A stretch of 64,000 bases of DNA from Acanthaster planci (taxonomy: Eukaryota): positions 1,945,107-2,009,106 of the forward strand of contig NW_019091355.1 in the NCBI RefSeq assembly GCF_001949145.1, written 5' to 3'. The position numbers and the translations under genes are program-made. Of this stretch, positions 1-12,900 are shown piece after piece (the stretch's first letter is position 1; the number at the start of each line of letters is the position of its first letter). The notes below the pieces were generated by a model, which did no database searches, was not told where the DNA came from, and saw only the letters and a list, made by a program, of their open reading frames with translations.

Positions 1-473
1 AAAGAAAGAATTTAGACCCCACTCATTGCTTGGAAAAAATTACAAGTTCAGAAAAAGTGGTCCTTAACTTTTTGAGTAGCGTGTAATCGTTTGCAGAAAG
101 CTTGTTCCATCTCAAATTCTTTAAGTAACACTGGAAGAACTCTGAGCCAATTACAGAGGTATAACCCAAAGTTAAAACTGCGCAGACTTGACTATGTACT
201 GAGCCTTTTGACATTATTTACTTCTTCACGCTAACCCTGTCAAATCCAATAGAACCTCGTGTGATTTACACTAATCCTCGGGCTTATAAAGGGTTTTTCA
301 AATGATTATATAGGGAGGCACAGGGCCACGTACTCCATCAACATGGTTCTCCCCTTAAAATTATGTTTTACGCACACGCCAAGGGCAGGTACTAAAGAGG
401 AGGTTGTGCCCTACCTCTGGGATGAAGGCAGCCCCCCTCCCGTACCACCTGACAGCCACGCCGCTACGCTTAC

Positions 474-2565
474 CACGGTGTCGGTTTGAGACTCGCCGGA
501 GGAACAACACAAGGCACCGCAGCTCATTGCTGCCCCAACTATTGCAACCACGCCATCAACGCCAGCCAACAGACACACAAAGACATTGACAGTGACCCGT
601 GCACCCTTTAATGAATAAAAAGAAATCAGATAAAATTTTGTGGGTGGGCGGAGTGGGATAAAACTAGTTAATAAGAATTTACTTTCAGAAAGTGAGAAGA
701 AAAATTCCAACATAATGATGCCTTTAGTATCAGTAGCGATCACCAGAAAAGAAATCTGGCAGAGCAAAAGCAATTTTTGGTTTGCTTTTGAACGAAAGCT
801 ACACTATTTACAGAGAGGCAATCTGATTGGTTGAAGGGGCACGAATATCGATGATAACCTTTGCACACAAGTACTATTTAAGAAATCCCTGAATTCCTTA
901 TAAAACCGGGGGGAAATCAATTTCCGTGACAAAAATGCTTTCAAACAATGGGGTCTGATCATTGTGAGCCATGCGAACTCGCGCCTAATTGTCCATAAAA
1001 TCTCTCATAATAATTCTGGGGCCACCCGAATTAGAAGTCATTACAGACGTGGATCACGCTCGTACGTAGGCACGCTCGTTTGGCCCGTGGCTACTTAGGG
1101 GGCATGGGGCACCGTTCCAAACGCTCGAGGCTAGGCCTGTGCTTCCCGTCTGCCAGAAATTATAGAGGTACCCCAGAAATTAGAGAAGAAACGTAATCGA
1201 TAATCGATTCATAATCGGGGGATGACCCAATCCACCTCCACTCCCTCCAGAAAACGAGGCCCCCAAGCGCCTCCTGGTAAGTCATCCCAGTGTCTTCCGC
1301 GGATAGGGTGCTACACGCGTAGGCATGCGGAAGTGTGTGCTTTCTATGGTGTGCCTCATGACGCCTCAGTCGTTGGATGAGCTTTTACTGTATAGCACTT
1401 ACTTGACTTGACAGACATGTTTCGTACTGTGGGATGGCGCTGTGATGACAAAAATGGCGAGCTCCATCCCATGACGCAGATATGGCAGCAAACGTCAAGA
1501 TAACAACGGTCGTAAGAGACCCAAGGATGGCGAGCACCATGTAAGCAGTGATCTGAAGTAAGTTCATACGATAACCCGTATTACTAGGACTGTGCCGTCT
1601 CACCTCCAACACATTTAAAGTCCCAACAGCACGCTTGGATTAACTTTAATTATCATTAGTCCTTTATACGTAAAATCTTTAACTTACAACCCGTTGTTTC
1701 TGCCCTTAACAATTACCTCTTATTTTTAAAACTCCTTGCTCGGCTCAAGAATTTCTTTTAAAACATAAGAGTTACATTTTTTCTAGTTTTGGTGCAATGC
1801 CCTTAATGGAAAAACTCCCGAAAGCTCAGTACTTGTTTGTGCTTACTAAACTTAAGTTGGCAGCCTCAAATTTTCGTGAAATCAATACAGTACACACACT
1901 TTGGCTAGCGAGCAAAGAGTTGCTGCACGCAGAACTATGGAAAGTCAAATGGAAAAAAATCAAACTGGAGGTCTTTGTTGCAAAGCGACACGGCTGCTCT
2001 TGAACTGGCTAGGAGTAGATAAGTTGACGCCGCTCTACCAGTGAGAGGGGTAAGGGGGAAGCAAGAGTTCCCCCCCCAGGGAGCACCCCTCCCCCGGTTA
2101 CGCCAGTGCGCTCTACAAGGTTCCACTTGAAAACATACCGTGCATCGATCCCTTCTGCACGCCGCTGCCACTCCCACGAGACCAGGTAAGACGACAAACT
2201 GCAACAGAGCATGCAAAATGGATATCACTGATCGTCTTTGGAAAAGTGACTCAAGATAACTCAAAGTTTCCCAAAATCAAATAGCAACATCCACTGAGGA
2301 CATCGAACCCTTTTAAAAATAATCCACTGTCCTCTTGTCCGACTGATCTTACCAGTATCCCACCCCAGACAGGGGAGCCGACAAAATAAAGCGGAACATG
2401 GAGCACTATGCGAAGAATACCGAAGAAAACGATGCTCAAACCAAGGACAATCTGTATCATCCCGGTCACACGGAGTCCCTTGATGTTGCCTCTGTCCTTG
2501 GCACTGGTGGGTGCCGCATCACTGGGGTCAGAGCCTTGTACATGCTGCACCGTCACCTGTGGCAT
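474..2565 (-). CDS. MS4A/CD20-like four-transmembrane protein (3' end uncertain)
   Basis: Exons 2565-2353, 2198-2139, 1552-1403, 605-474, all GT-AG and phase 0. Four hydrophobic segments with MS4A-like motifs (GMIQIVLG, GSPVWGGILFVV, distal SC..CC). The gene either splices on at 474 (GTAAGC) or reads to the stop at 411. Confidence 0.7.
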
Positions 2566-2669
2566 AATGGACGACAAAACTGAAATATCGCGCAAGAAGC
2601 TCCGACCGTCGATCAGAAAGATACTTTGTCTTCAAGATACCAAAATTTTCCAATCGTATTGTATTAATG

Positions 2670-2871
2670 AGGCGCCTTTCTATATGTACGTTTTTGGGTG
2701 CGTTGCGTACAAGATGCGTTCATGCGTTTGACTTTCACGGACACAAAAGTCGACTCCATTAACATAACACGTGTGTGTTGCGTTCGGCCGTCACAATCGC
2801 CCCGGGAGCGATTTTACGGACACGCAACACTTGAATTGGCCAAATGTTGACGTGCGTAGGGAAAGGCGCCT
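2670..2871. mobile_element. Palindromic MITE (PIF/Harbinger-like ends)
   Basis: TIR AGGCGCCTTTC...GAAAGGCGCCT with internal inverted arms (GTGTTGCGT/ACGCAACAC). TSD unclear. Confidence 0.55.
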
Positions 2872-5107
2872 TTAGTCGGGAAAACACGGCCGGCGGGATC
2901 TAATGTTCGTCTTTATGATTTTTCTTTCAACTGGGTCACTGCTGCTGTAGGGAAATCGTCAAAAAGAGCCAACTTACTACAGGAGCTGCAGAAGACAGAG
3001 GCCCTTGAGCAACATAAGGCCCTGGCCGGCTTTGCGCCATAGTGCCTGTTCTTTAAACTCAGTCTTGGAAAAGAGCTAAAAACTGGCCAAACTGAAAAGA
3101 ACAGTTACAATAATTATCAGGTTAAAATAGGTTGTGTTGTCAGATTCAAATAGGAAATGAAAGTACAAGACAAAAGATTCGGAAAAAATAAATAAACATA
3201 AACAAAAGACCCCACAAACCAACGACAGATCGATCCAGTTAAAGCCATGCTAACTGCAGAGATATATGTATAGGGTTTTCTACATCCCAACTTTGACATT
3301 TTCTGCAAGTGTCTGATTAATCTATGCAAATTTGGCAGTTTTGATCGTTGGGCTCATCTGAAAAATATTTATAATTATGTCGGTAGTCAAAATCGAGCTA
3401 GGCCAACATTTCCGTTACGTTTAAATGACATACTTATGGTTATTCACCGTATTGGCATTCGAAATTTGCGCCACACAAACTTTTAAAAAAGGATAGATAA
3501 TTCCACTCAACGTCTAAAGGCAGAGGTGATAGGGTGACAGTTTTCCATACCCCCCCCCCCAAATAATAATCAAAGTGTAATGGGTACAAGATAACATGTT
3601 TTGGGAGCGTTGTAAAACAGTATGATCGCTATGTTTGTTTTATGACATTACTACTACACTATCCGGTGCCTTGACGTGTCAATAATTAACGAGTTGTGGA
3701 AAAAGAGAGAATATTGGTAACCATCTTTGACCTGGGCGTCAACACGGCTTCGTATCCTGGCTTTGCATGACACGCAACAAAATGGCGGAGGCAAACACGA
3801 TGCATTGTTCGCATTTGCCTGGTGACTCATCTTGCCGAGATAAATCCATGCTCTACCTGGAGAGATCCCAATTAATATTTTACACGAACGCAGCGTTCAC
3901 ACTTCCTAAGTATTTCCAGAAAAAAATTCCCTCGCTGAAATGTAAAAAGGTAGTCATGGATTTTATAGATGTTCAGTATTCCATCGTTTTGTGATATTAA
4001 CCCGATTCTGGTTATTGTGTCAATTTTTTTATATTCTATTTGATCGCCGTAAATCTCTAAAAAATACCATGCTGAAACACTTTCTACGGATAGGCCTATA
4101 CATGTCCTAGGATGCAGAATGGAGCACGGGTCCTGGATCAATAGTGTATGACAATCATTTTACAAACAAGTCAGATGACAAGACAAAGAATTTAAAAAGA
4201 GAGAGCAACCGTGAACCTTCGTGCCCGAACTTGGGGTGACAATATCCTTCTGAAGAGATCTTTGGAGAAGAAAACAAGAACTTAAACACCAACACCACCA
4301 CAAACAAGACAAACAGTGATAACATCTGGTATAGGCACAAACATGAAATCAAGATGTAAAAATCCTGTACATGGCGACTTACAAAATGTTCCTTTGTGAG
4401 GGTTAAATGATATGGGAGATCAGCATGAACCAATTTTCGTATTGTGCTTGTGATATGGGTCCACCTATCTTGGTCCAAAAAAGTAATTCCTGTCACCATC
4501 CTTCTTTCAAGAGCCGATCCAGAACATTTTCGAGGAGGGGGAGCAAAGTTTTTAAAAAATGGGCGGAGGGGGCTATTTACATGCTTTTGAAAGAAAAATT
4601 CAACAGACCAACACAAATTGCCCTTTTCTGATTAAGAATCAATAAACGTTAAACTCAGAACCCAAATTATAGTACGTTCGACAAAATTGTGGCACTTTTG
4701 TCCCCGCCCCAATCCGCCCTTCCCCCCATTCACGTTGATTACTTTCATCAACGACTTAAAATACACTAAAAGGAAATGCTTACCGAGCTCGCAGAAAGAC
4801 CAAGATGGATCCGACCAGTACAACTGCGTTATTAGATCGTGCAAAAATGAGCGATTCTCCCACGACAACCGAAGGACCAGATTCAATGAACTTTACACAC
4901 TGGGTAAATCATTAACAATGTAGCAGAATAATGACTATTTGGACAACCTCTTCTGGCGTTGACGTCTCGGCTAAATTATTGGTTCCACGACCTGGTTTTG
5001 GCTGACACCCGCCGGAAAAGGAAAGGCGAGAAGAGCATTATGTACGAGTAGGGCACAGTCAAATTCGGTTATAGAGGACAAGATATCGTGCACGATATGG
5101 GGCCGAT

Positions 5108-5497
5108 GGGTACCCCCCTAGTCCAATCCCTATACACACTATTGTTACCTAACACATCCCCCTAGATGTCTGTAAAGGATTCCCGAGATTCCGATCAAAC
5201 AATGACCAACACAAAGGTGGGGGGGGTGTTCTCTCCGCCCCATACCTTGCATCATAATTATGGAGGACTAGGCTATGGGATACGTTTAGTTGATAGGAAA
5301 CCCCACTTACCCCGACACGTGTTCGAAATTGTATACCCAGCAAGAAATGAGACCGAGGGGTACCCCCCCACATTCCAGACTATTGTTACTTAACACACCC
5401 CCCAAGACGTCTGAAAGGAATTCCCCAGATTCCTGCGAGACAATGACCAACACAAAGCAGGGGGGGTTCTCTCCGTCTCATACCTTGCTGCATATGA
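5108..5497. repeat. Diverged direct repeat, two ~145-bp copies ~250 bp apart
   Basis: GGGTACCCCCC...ACTATTGTTAC.TAACAC...ACAATGACCAACACAAAG...TTCTCTCCG...CATACCTTGC at 5108-5255 and 5358-5497. Confidence 0.75.
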
Positions 5498-6917
5498 TAT
5501 TGTCCGCCTCGTCAATTGATACGGCCCGTAAATATTACCGGCAAGTTACTAATGAGGCCCTTAAGCTTCCTATGACTTACTTAATGATGGCACAAGGCAG
5601 TCGGTCTACTCACTGTGGATTGGAATTTTATTTACAATTAAATTTTAAAGAAATGTTCCTAGCATGGGGATGGGATTCTAGACCTTTTTCCAGATTGCAG
5701 CCACTAGGTATTACCGTGCACAGCTGTTCTTTGCTTCATTATACAGACGGCCTAGGATAGCGTATCTGAGTATCTAAGTTCTGAGGTTACATTACATACA
5801 GAAATTCTCTCATCTGTTTTCACATGGGTGTTATACAATGCTTTCAATGCAAATCAGAAAAACCCGAGAATGACAGTCTACAAAAGATTTCACAATGTGA
5901 AGGGCTGCTTTTTTTCAGTCGTACTTGGACAGGCGCCAAACAAATCGACCAAATCCTGTGTTTTTTTCCTGGACACAGACAGCATCTTGTCACTATTGTG
6001 ATAAAGAATAATTATACAATACTCTCCGTGGAACACGGACTACATGATATGCTAGCTCTCTAAAAATCCCGTGAACGTGTAGTCCGTAACAATTAATATT
6101 CAACAGCTGGCAAGACCACGTACGACACTAATTACATCAAACTAATCTAGAAAAAGCAATTAAAAACAAATACAAATAAAACAAGGACTTCCAAACATAT
6201 AATTTCTTTATAATGTCATTGGTGGCAGTTGTGAATTAAAAGATTGAAAAGATTCCACAATTCATTGCATAAACAATACATAAAATTACTCTCAATCTTG
6301 CCCCGTCCCATGGAAAATGATTATTTCTGCAGATAGAAAACCTGCCGCGCTTTATACTGATCTATTATGATACAAGTGACAGAACAGCTACTACAGCAAC
6401 TTTCAGCGCCGATGAAAAATTATTCACAATTTCCACCATTAACGATCACCGTGGAAAACTGCAACATTTAATGTTCACTTCTGGAGATTTGATCTAATGC
6501 TGAGGAAACCCACTTCCAATACATGTGTAATTGGGCACATTGGCCTGCTGTTAATGCCACAAATGGCCTGCTTCATTCTATGTGAGTGGTGAAAAAGACT
6601 TCTGATGGAAAAAAACGTGAGCTATTTGATGCTCAGCATCATGTCAAAAATGCTGTAGAGAGTTTGAAAGCATTCTGCATGAGGTCCATGGTTACAGTCT
6701 GCTCTTGAGCTGACTACAGCCAGCTTTGTGACTGAGGAAATGACAGCGAGACAGTTTCCTCTGCAGGGTCGCAACCAAGGCATTTTAGACACCAAATGAA
6801 AGAAAAACAAAACACAGTTCAGAAAGACCTTCTCAAAATATATATATCCTATTAAATTTAGACACTTTTACAGATTCTGCATTAAAAACTTTTGACATCG
6901 CTGGTTTCCAAGGCAAC

Positions 6918-9900
6918 TCAGCTATCTTCTTTTTCATCTTCTTCTTCGTCTTCCCAGTCCTCACCCTCCTCCCCAAGTTCATCGTCGGAAATCTGGCAAA
7001 GGAAAGAGAAAAGAATGTGAATCATTGTGTGAAAGGTGCGAAATGGGTCAACACGTTAGTCAGCTGAAGATTTTGTGAGCACTGAAGCCAACAAAATTAC
7101 ACCGAGTTATCCACGTGGATAAGAAACATATCCAGGTCATTTCCCGGTCATGTCTGTAGCTCGGTGCCCCGATGAACCCGTATAACTGTTTTATGGTTGC
7201 TACATGAGCTCCCCTCTCTACCTACAATTCATTTGGTGATGTGAAAGTACAGTAATACCCTGAGGTGGCAGCAAGTCATTTTTTGCAAGTCACAAGTCAT
7301 TATATGCAAGTCCAAGTCAAGTCATAAGTCATTAAGTCCAGTCACAAGTCAAGTCACAAGTCATTTGGTTACAGGGCATGTCAAGTCAAGTCACGAGTCA
7401 TTTGGTCTAAGCACAAGTCAAGTCACAAATCTCTTTATCCAAGTACAAGTCAAGCTGCACATTATTTTGTCCAGCTGTAATCAGCAAAAAGAACCAGGCA
7501 TCAACTTACGAAGTTACGAGTTACTACATGGAGCCGGTCGAGTAGCGTCTGACTTGGGCCGGTAACAAGTCATTTTTTGCAAGTCGAAGTCAAGTTACAA
7601 GTCATTTTTTGCAAGTCCAAGTCAAGTTACAAGTCGTTTTTTGCAAGTCCAAGTCAAGTCACAAGTAACAAAAGCGTCTCAAGTCAGACTCGAGTCCAAG
7701 TCACATGACTGGAGTCAGCAACTCTGGTAATACCAGTCACAACCCAAACAGCTGTGACTTTGCGGCACATGTCTGTCATCAAAGAGATGCACTTACTGCA
7801 AGAGGTCATATGGGGAGCCTGGGAATACTGGTCTTTCAACAGGCCTACTCCACAGATGTTATGGCTAGGTTAAAGGGACTTGGCAGTCTAAAAGCAGATT
7901 AGTAGCTTAAGGATTACAAAAATTTTCAGCTTAATTCAACAAAAATAAAAAAGTTATTTTAAAAATACAAAAACTAGTATGCCTTTTTTATCCATGGTGC
8001 TTAAGGGAGGGTTAAAAACCAAGTCAGTGTCAATATCACAGAGCACAATTTTTTGAGAGAGATAAAATCAGACGCCATTTTATCTGTGACAATTTCTTGA
8101 GTGCAAATCCTTCAACAAGACACAGATCTGGCCTAAAAGCTCAACGACCAATTTGTGAATGTTTGATGTCATACATAGAAGGTTTCTTGATTGTTAAGGT
8201 CATCCTCGTCCTTGATTTGTTTCACAAACACTAGCTGTGCCATGCTTGATGAAATTGATTTCACACTATCAATACATGTACATAGCTTGTGGACATTCTT
8301 TGCTATTTTCACTTACTGTTTGGCCTAATTCTTTAAGTTTCTCCTTGTACTTGTCTTTTTTGGACTCAGTTTCCATCATAAGTACCAGGACATCATCCTG
8401 TTCCTTCCGCACATCTTCCAGTTCCAACTTTACTGAATCCCGCTCCTGCTCTAAAACTTTCATTTCTTGCTGAAGCTGGTTGACAGCCTCCTTGAGCTGG
8501 TTGATGGCCTCCGCATCTCCACTGCTGGCTCTCTGCGAGGCGTTTTGAGCTTCTAAGTGTCCGGCTTCCAGCATTTGGTTGGTGGATCGTAACTGTTCAT
8601 TCTCAGCAACAAGTGAGGCATGGCCTGATTCTGACTGTGCTAGTCTTGATTCCAGATCTGACATCTCTCTGCTGAAGATATCCCTTGATGACCTCTGCAT
8701 GAACAAAGAGCAAGAACAGTTCGAAGAATATTGCATCACTTCTGATTGATCACTGCCATTGCTTGTTATCAAATTGGCTTAATATAAAACACACATACGA
8801 AAGTTGGAAAGTTCTTATCAGCATAAGTTCTGATCTTTGGGGATTTTAGCGAGATTTCCAGTTAGTATAGTTATGTCCTAGGACCAAATTTGCAATTTCA
8901 ATAACTGCAATAAACGTGTGGATCTGTGTGATGAACACACTGAGGGAAACAAAATCAAGGGCCAAACAAGCTATGAAGTTAAAGTCACTGAAGACAAGCA
9001 AGTTTAAACATCGATGTAAGTATGGAACCCTGTCACAACATGCACACTGGGAGTGGGTTAGAGTCATTTGATTTGTGTAAGCGTGACTCACTTCTTTTTC
9101 TGAGAGCTCTTCAACCATTTTACTTTGTTTCTCGATTTCGGCTGTCGCGTCCGCCAGTGCCATTCTCAGTTTTTCGTTTTTCTTCTGCATCTCCTCAAGG
9201 TGTGTCCTCAGTTCATCTGAGGACGTGTTCTCCATGTCATTGGAGGACAGTACGGCTTTGGCATCAGATATTGTTAAATCATTGGTCTGGGAAAGAGGTG
9301 AAAAATAAACTGTGCTAACTCCATGATCTGAGTTTGCAATTCTGTCATCTTATGAAGACTTTGATCGGCATAATTGAGAGCACAGGAGGACCTCTTACAT
9401 TTCACTGGTCAGCAACTATCTCATAAGAGGTCTTGCTGACACAACCTTCCTAATAATCAATTAATTATGAAGGCTGCTTCCTCATTACTTGTTTAAGCCA
9501 TTAAGAACTATTCACACCATGACACGCTTGTTAGTTCCAAACAAAACGACAAACCATACACATACTAATTTTTCTATCCTAGCATTCTTCTCCTCGACCT
9601 GCGTACTAAGCGTTGCCTTCTCTTCCTTTAAGGCTGCAATCTCTGCCTCAAGCTGAGCTACCCTTTCCCTGTCTGAGCCCGAGGCCAGACTTGCAGAGTC
9701 GATGGAGTTGTTGACATCACCCTGACCGGACTGTACACCTGTTGGTGGGAAATTAGGATCTATGACACACCGGTCATGAATCAGATTTGTAATCCAACAG
9801 CACAAATGTGTTTACTAACACGACTCCTACATGATATGGCATCATGGTAAATATTGCAACCTCAACTGGGACATGAATGAATACAGGCGATTCACAATGC

Positions 9901-12900
9901 AGTGCGCCACCAAGAGGTTGTCATGGAGAGGCATTTTTGCAGTGCATTATGGGATAAATAGTCAACACAGTTTCATTCTGTGCTGTGCGTGGAAAACTTG
10001 AATTTTTTCCAAATCTTATTCAAAATCGCTTATTGCGAATGGGTGTTAGGTAGTCAAAAGGATGGTTTTGTGTGGTGCAGTGAATGCCTCAATCAATCAG
10101 ATATCCCCAAATCACATCAGAAAAGTGCTTAATCTCGACAGCGTGTTCGCCACTAACTTAAGAAGTGGCCTGTCTGCGGCAAACTCTTAGTGATGTGCTG
10201 TATTGTGAATCGCCCGAATTCATTCTCTTTAGTTACATATTGTCAAACTTGTGCACATGTGCACAACAGATTTTCACCATCCCAGCTTTTTGGCTTTCTA
10301 ATTAGGCCCCACTGATACATCAATCTCTCCTTACTCCCATTCTTGAAATCGGAAGCGACATGGCAGAGGGTGAGTTTACCGTGCTGTGCTTTGATCAGGG
10401 CGTACTGGTCCTTGAGCTGTTGAATCTGTAGTCCTTGCTCCCCCAGGAGTGCCTCCGCTTTCTTGTGTTCCCTCTCAAGACTTGAGTACTTTGTCCTCAG
10501 TTCCCCAAGTTGGACATCCTAGACGAAAAACCCAACCCAACAGAGTACAGTACAGCTACTGAAGCAGGTGTCATGATATAAACTGATAACAGGTGTTTGA
10601 AGTGTGTACCACAAGGTGCAATTGTCAGGGCCGTGTGCACAGTTCTTTTGGAAAGCCTGTGAAATTCTATTCCAAGTGAAACTTAGCATGTACGTAGACA
10701 TTGTTGATACTTCAAACCAAGGTTTTGCAGTGCACAGAAACCTCCAAATCATCAGATCATGTACCCACTTCAGACAATGAACTCTAAATAAAAGTCAGAA
10801 GACAAGATTTGTTTCAAGCACCAGTCAACTTCTAACTGGTATATTTTAAGTTTGGGGACCATACACATCACTTCACACTTAATGGGTGCGTACAACATAG
10901 ATTTAATGTGATAATTCCTCTCACCTGCTCCCTGATGATTTCTTTGTACTGGGTGACAATACTGTCATGGTCTTCGATGGTTTTCTTGGTCTCTACGTCA
11001 TCTTTGTCTGACACAGCTTTCAATAACACACCTTGGAACAACAAAGTGGGATAAAATTCGGCAGGAAAACAGCTCAACTTCACAGATTTTGCACTTTTTC
11101 CTGAGTCATGTCAACCAGCTGTTTTCAAAGTTTCTTCAAGAAAGGTTTTAATAAAAATGGCAGAACAAGGAAGAACACATTAAGGTGAAAAATATGAGAG
11201 GATTAAACATATTCAACGCAGGTGACAACTCACTGCCATTCAGTTATTTTTTTAAAGTTCACCCAGGCTTGTTCAAAACTGATTGGACTAACTGGTTAGT
11301 GAACTACATGTGCTTGACCGGAGCAAATAAAAAACAGAAGTCTGACATGTGGAAGGGAAACAAAAACAATCTGCTTTCATGAATCACATATGCCTAGAAA
11401 CTTGATAGAACCGAACCTTGCCCCGCCTTGAACCTAGCAGTGGTATAGACCCCAACTACATGTCATAAAAAAACATGCTTGTACAAAATGTTCCAGTTTA
11501 CTACCTATCAGTTGAACGTGAATTCGTTTACTCAGTTTTGTTCAGTTGTGCCAGCAAAGTACTAAACTATAAAAAGTTTGGAACCAGATCTGAAAACTGA
11601 CCTTCTAGCTGTTTGAAGAGTGTCGTAAATTCATAGTCCAGCATCATGACATCTGGGGAGGGGAACTGGAGTTGTGGTTTCTGGGCTGCCAAGGTGTAGA
11701 GTTCGTGTTTGGACACTAGGTCTAGCTTCTCAACGAAAGATTCCAGGCCGACTCGCTTAACAATCAGCTGCTTCATGTTCTCCCTGCTCGGATCGAACGT
11801 GGGTCACCATTATGGAATCCGCGCACAAAGTTTTTGATGGCGCTGTGTGCCACATGCGTGGGTTCCAGCAAAGGACAAACAATGTCCAAATGTGGTGTCT
11901 AGAGTTAGGTCTAGGTTCTTACTGGTTGTCAGCAGGTGGGCAACACGCTGACACAATGCAAAAATGCAGCTTTGGAACCCAATGCAGACATGGTCTCACA
12001 TTACATACATGCAAAGGTTCATAGACAGGTACAGTGTGCATGGCCAATATTTCGACAGAATGTGCACAAAACTTGTACAACTGGATGCCAGAGTAACATG
12101 CCAGAGTAACATACCCGAGCATGGACGTGTAGAGTTACCTGCCCTTAGGTAACAACTACTTTTTGCACTATTAACCCTTCGGAAAAAGCTCTCTGCCTAA
12201 GGTGAAAACAAGATAGAACAATCTACTGTCATGGATGACACCTTGACAACATTTACAGAGACTGTTTTTATTTAGAAACAACGATAAGAGCCAGTAAATT
12301 TCCACTGTGGTAGATCAGTACTTTGCACTGTCTTTTATATGAGCTGTAAGCAAAGCCTGTTGTCTGATGGAGAAGAAATTCATGACTTGCCTACCATAAA
12401 AGTGTGGTTAATGATTTTAAACAAGGTTTTCACTTTTGAAACGTCAGATCAGTGTCCATTTGCGCAGCAAGGTGCTTACGTCATGAGGGTTACTCACTTT
12501 GTAAAGCTCTCATTTGAGTTGTCATTGAAGTGTACACAGATACCCAGCAGGAATGCACAAAGTCCCTGTCCAAGCAACTCATGCTCGTCTGCATGCTCAG
12601 CGACTTGAGCGGTGAGCTGACGGGTAGAACTCAGTCAAGGATCTCTCCATGAGTTAGAAATAGAACCAAATACAAGACAGATCTGCAATTTTTCTCGGAA
12701 CAGTCTAAGCAACGTCAAATCCAGATGTTAGGATAATGGACTTGAGCCACAACTTAACGTTGATTTGTGAGCAAAGGATACAAATGGTACGTTCGCTGGG
12801 TTGAGTAGGAAGTGGGTGACGGCCAACTGGCATCCAGCAGTCCAGGAACTCAGAAGAATTAGGAGACCTATCTTAGTCTGGAACCTGACGGTGGGCTGAA

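Noticed and set aside
7260..7726. CRISPR-like repeat array
   Set aside because: Short degenerate pentamer repeats without unique spacers, inside a TSD-flanked element in a eukaryotic intron.
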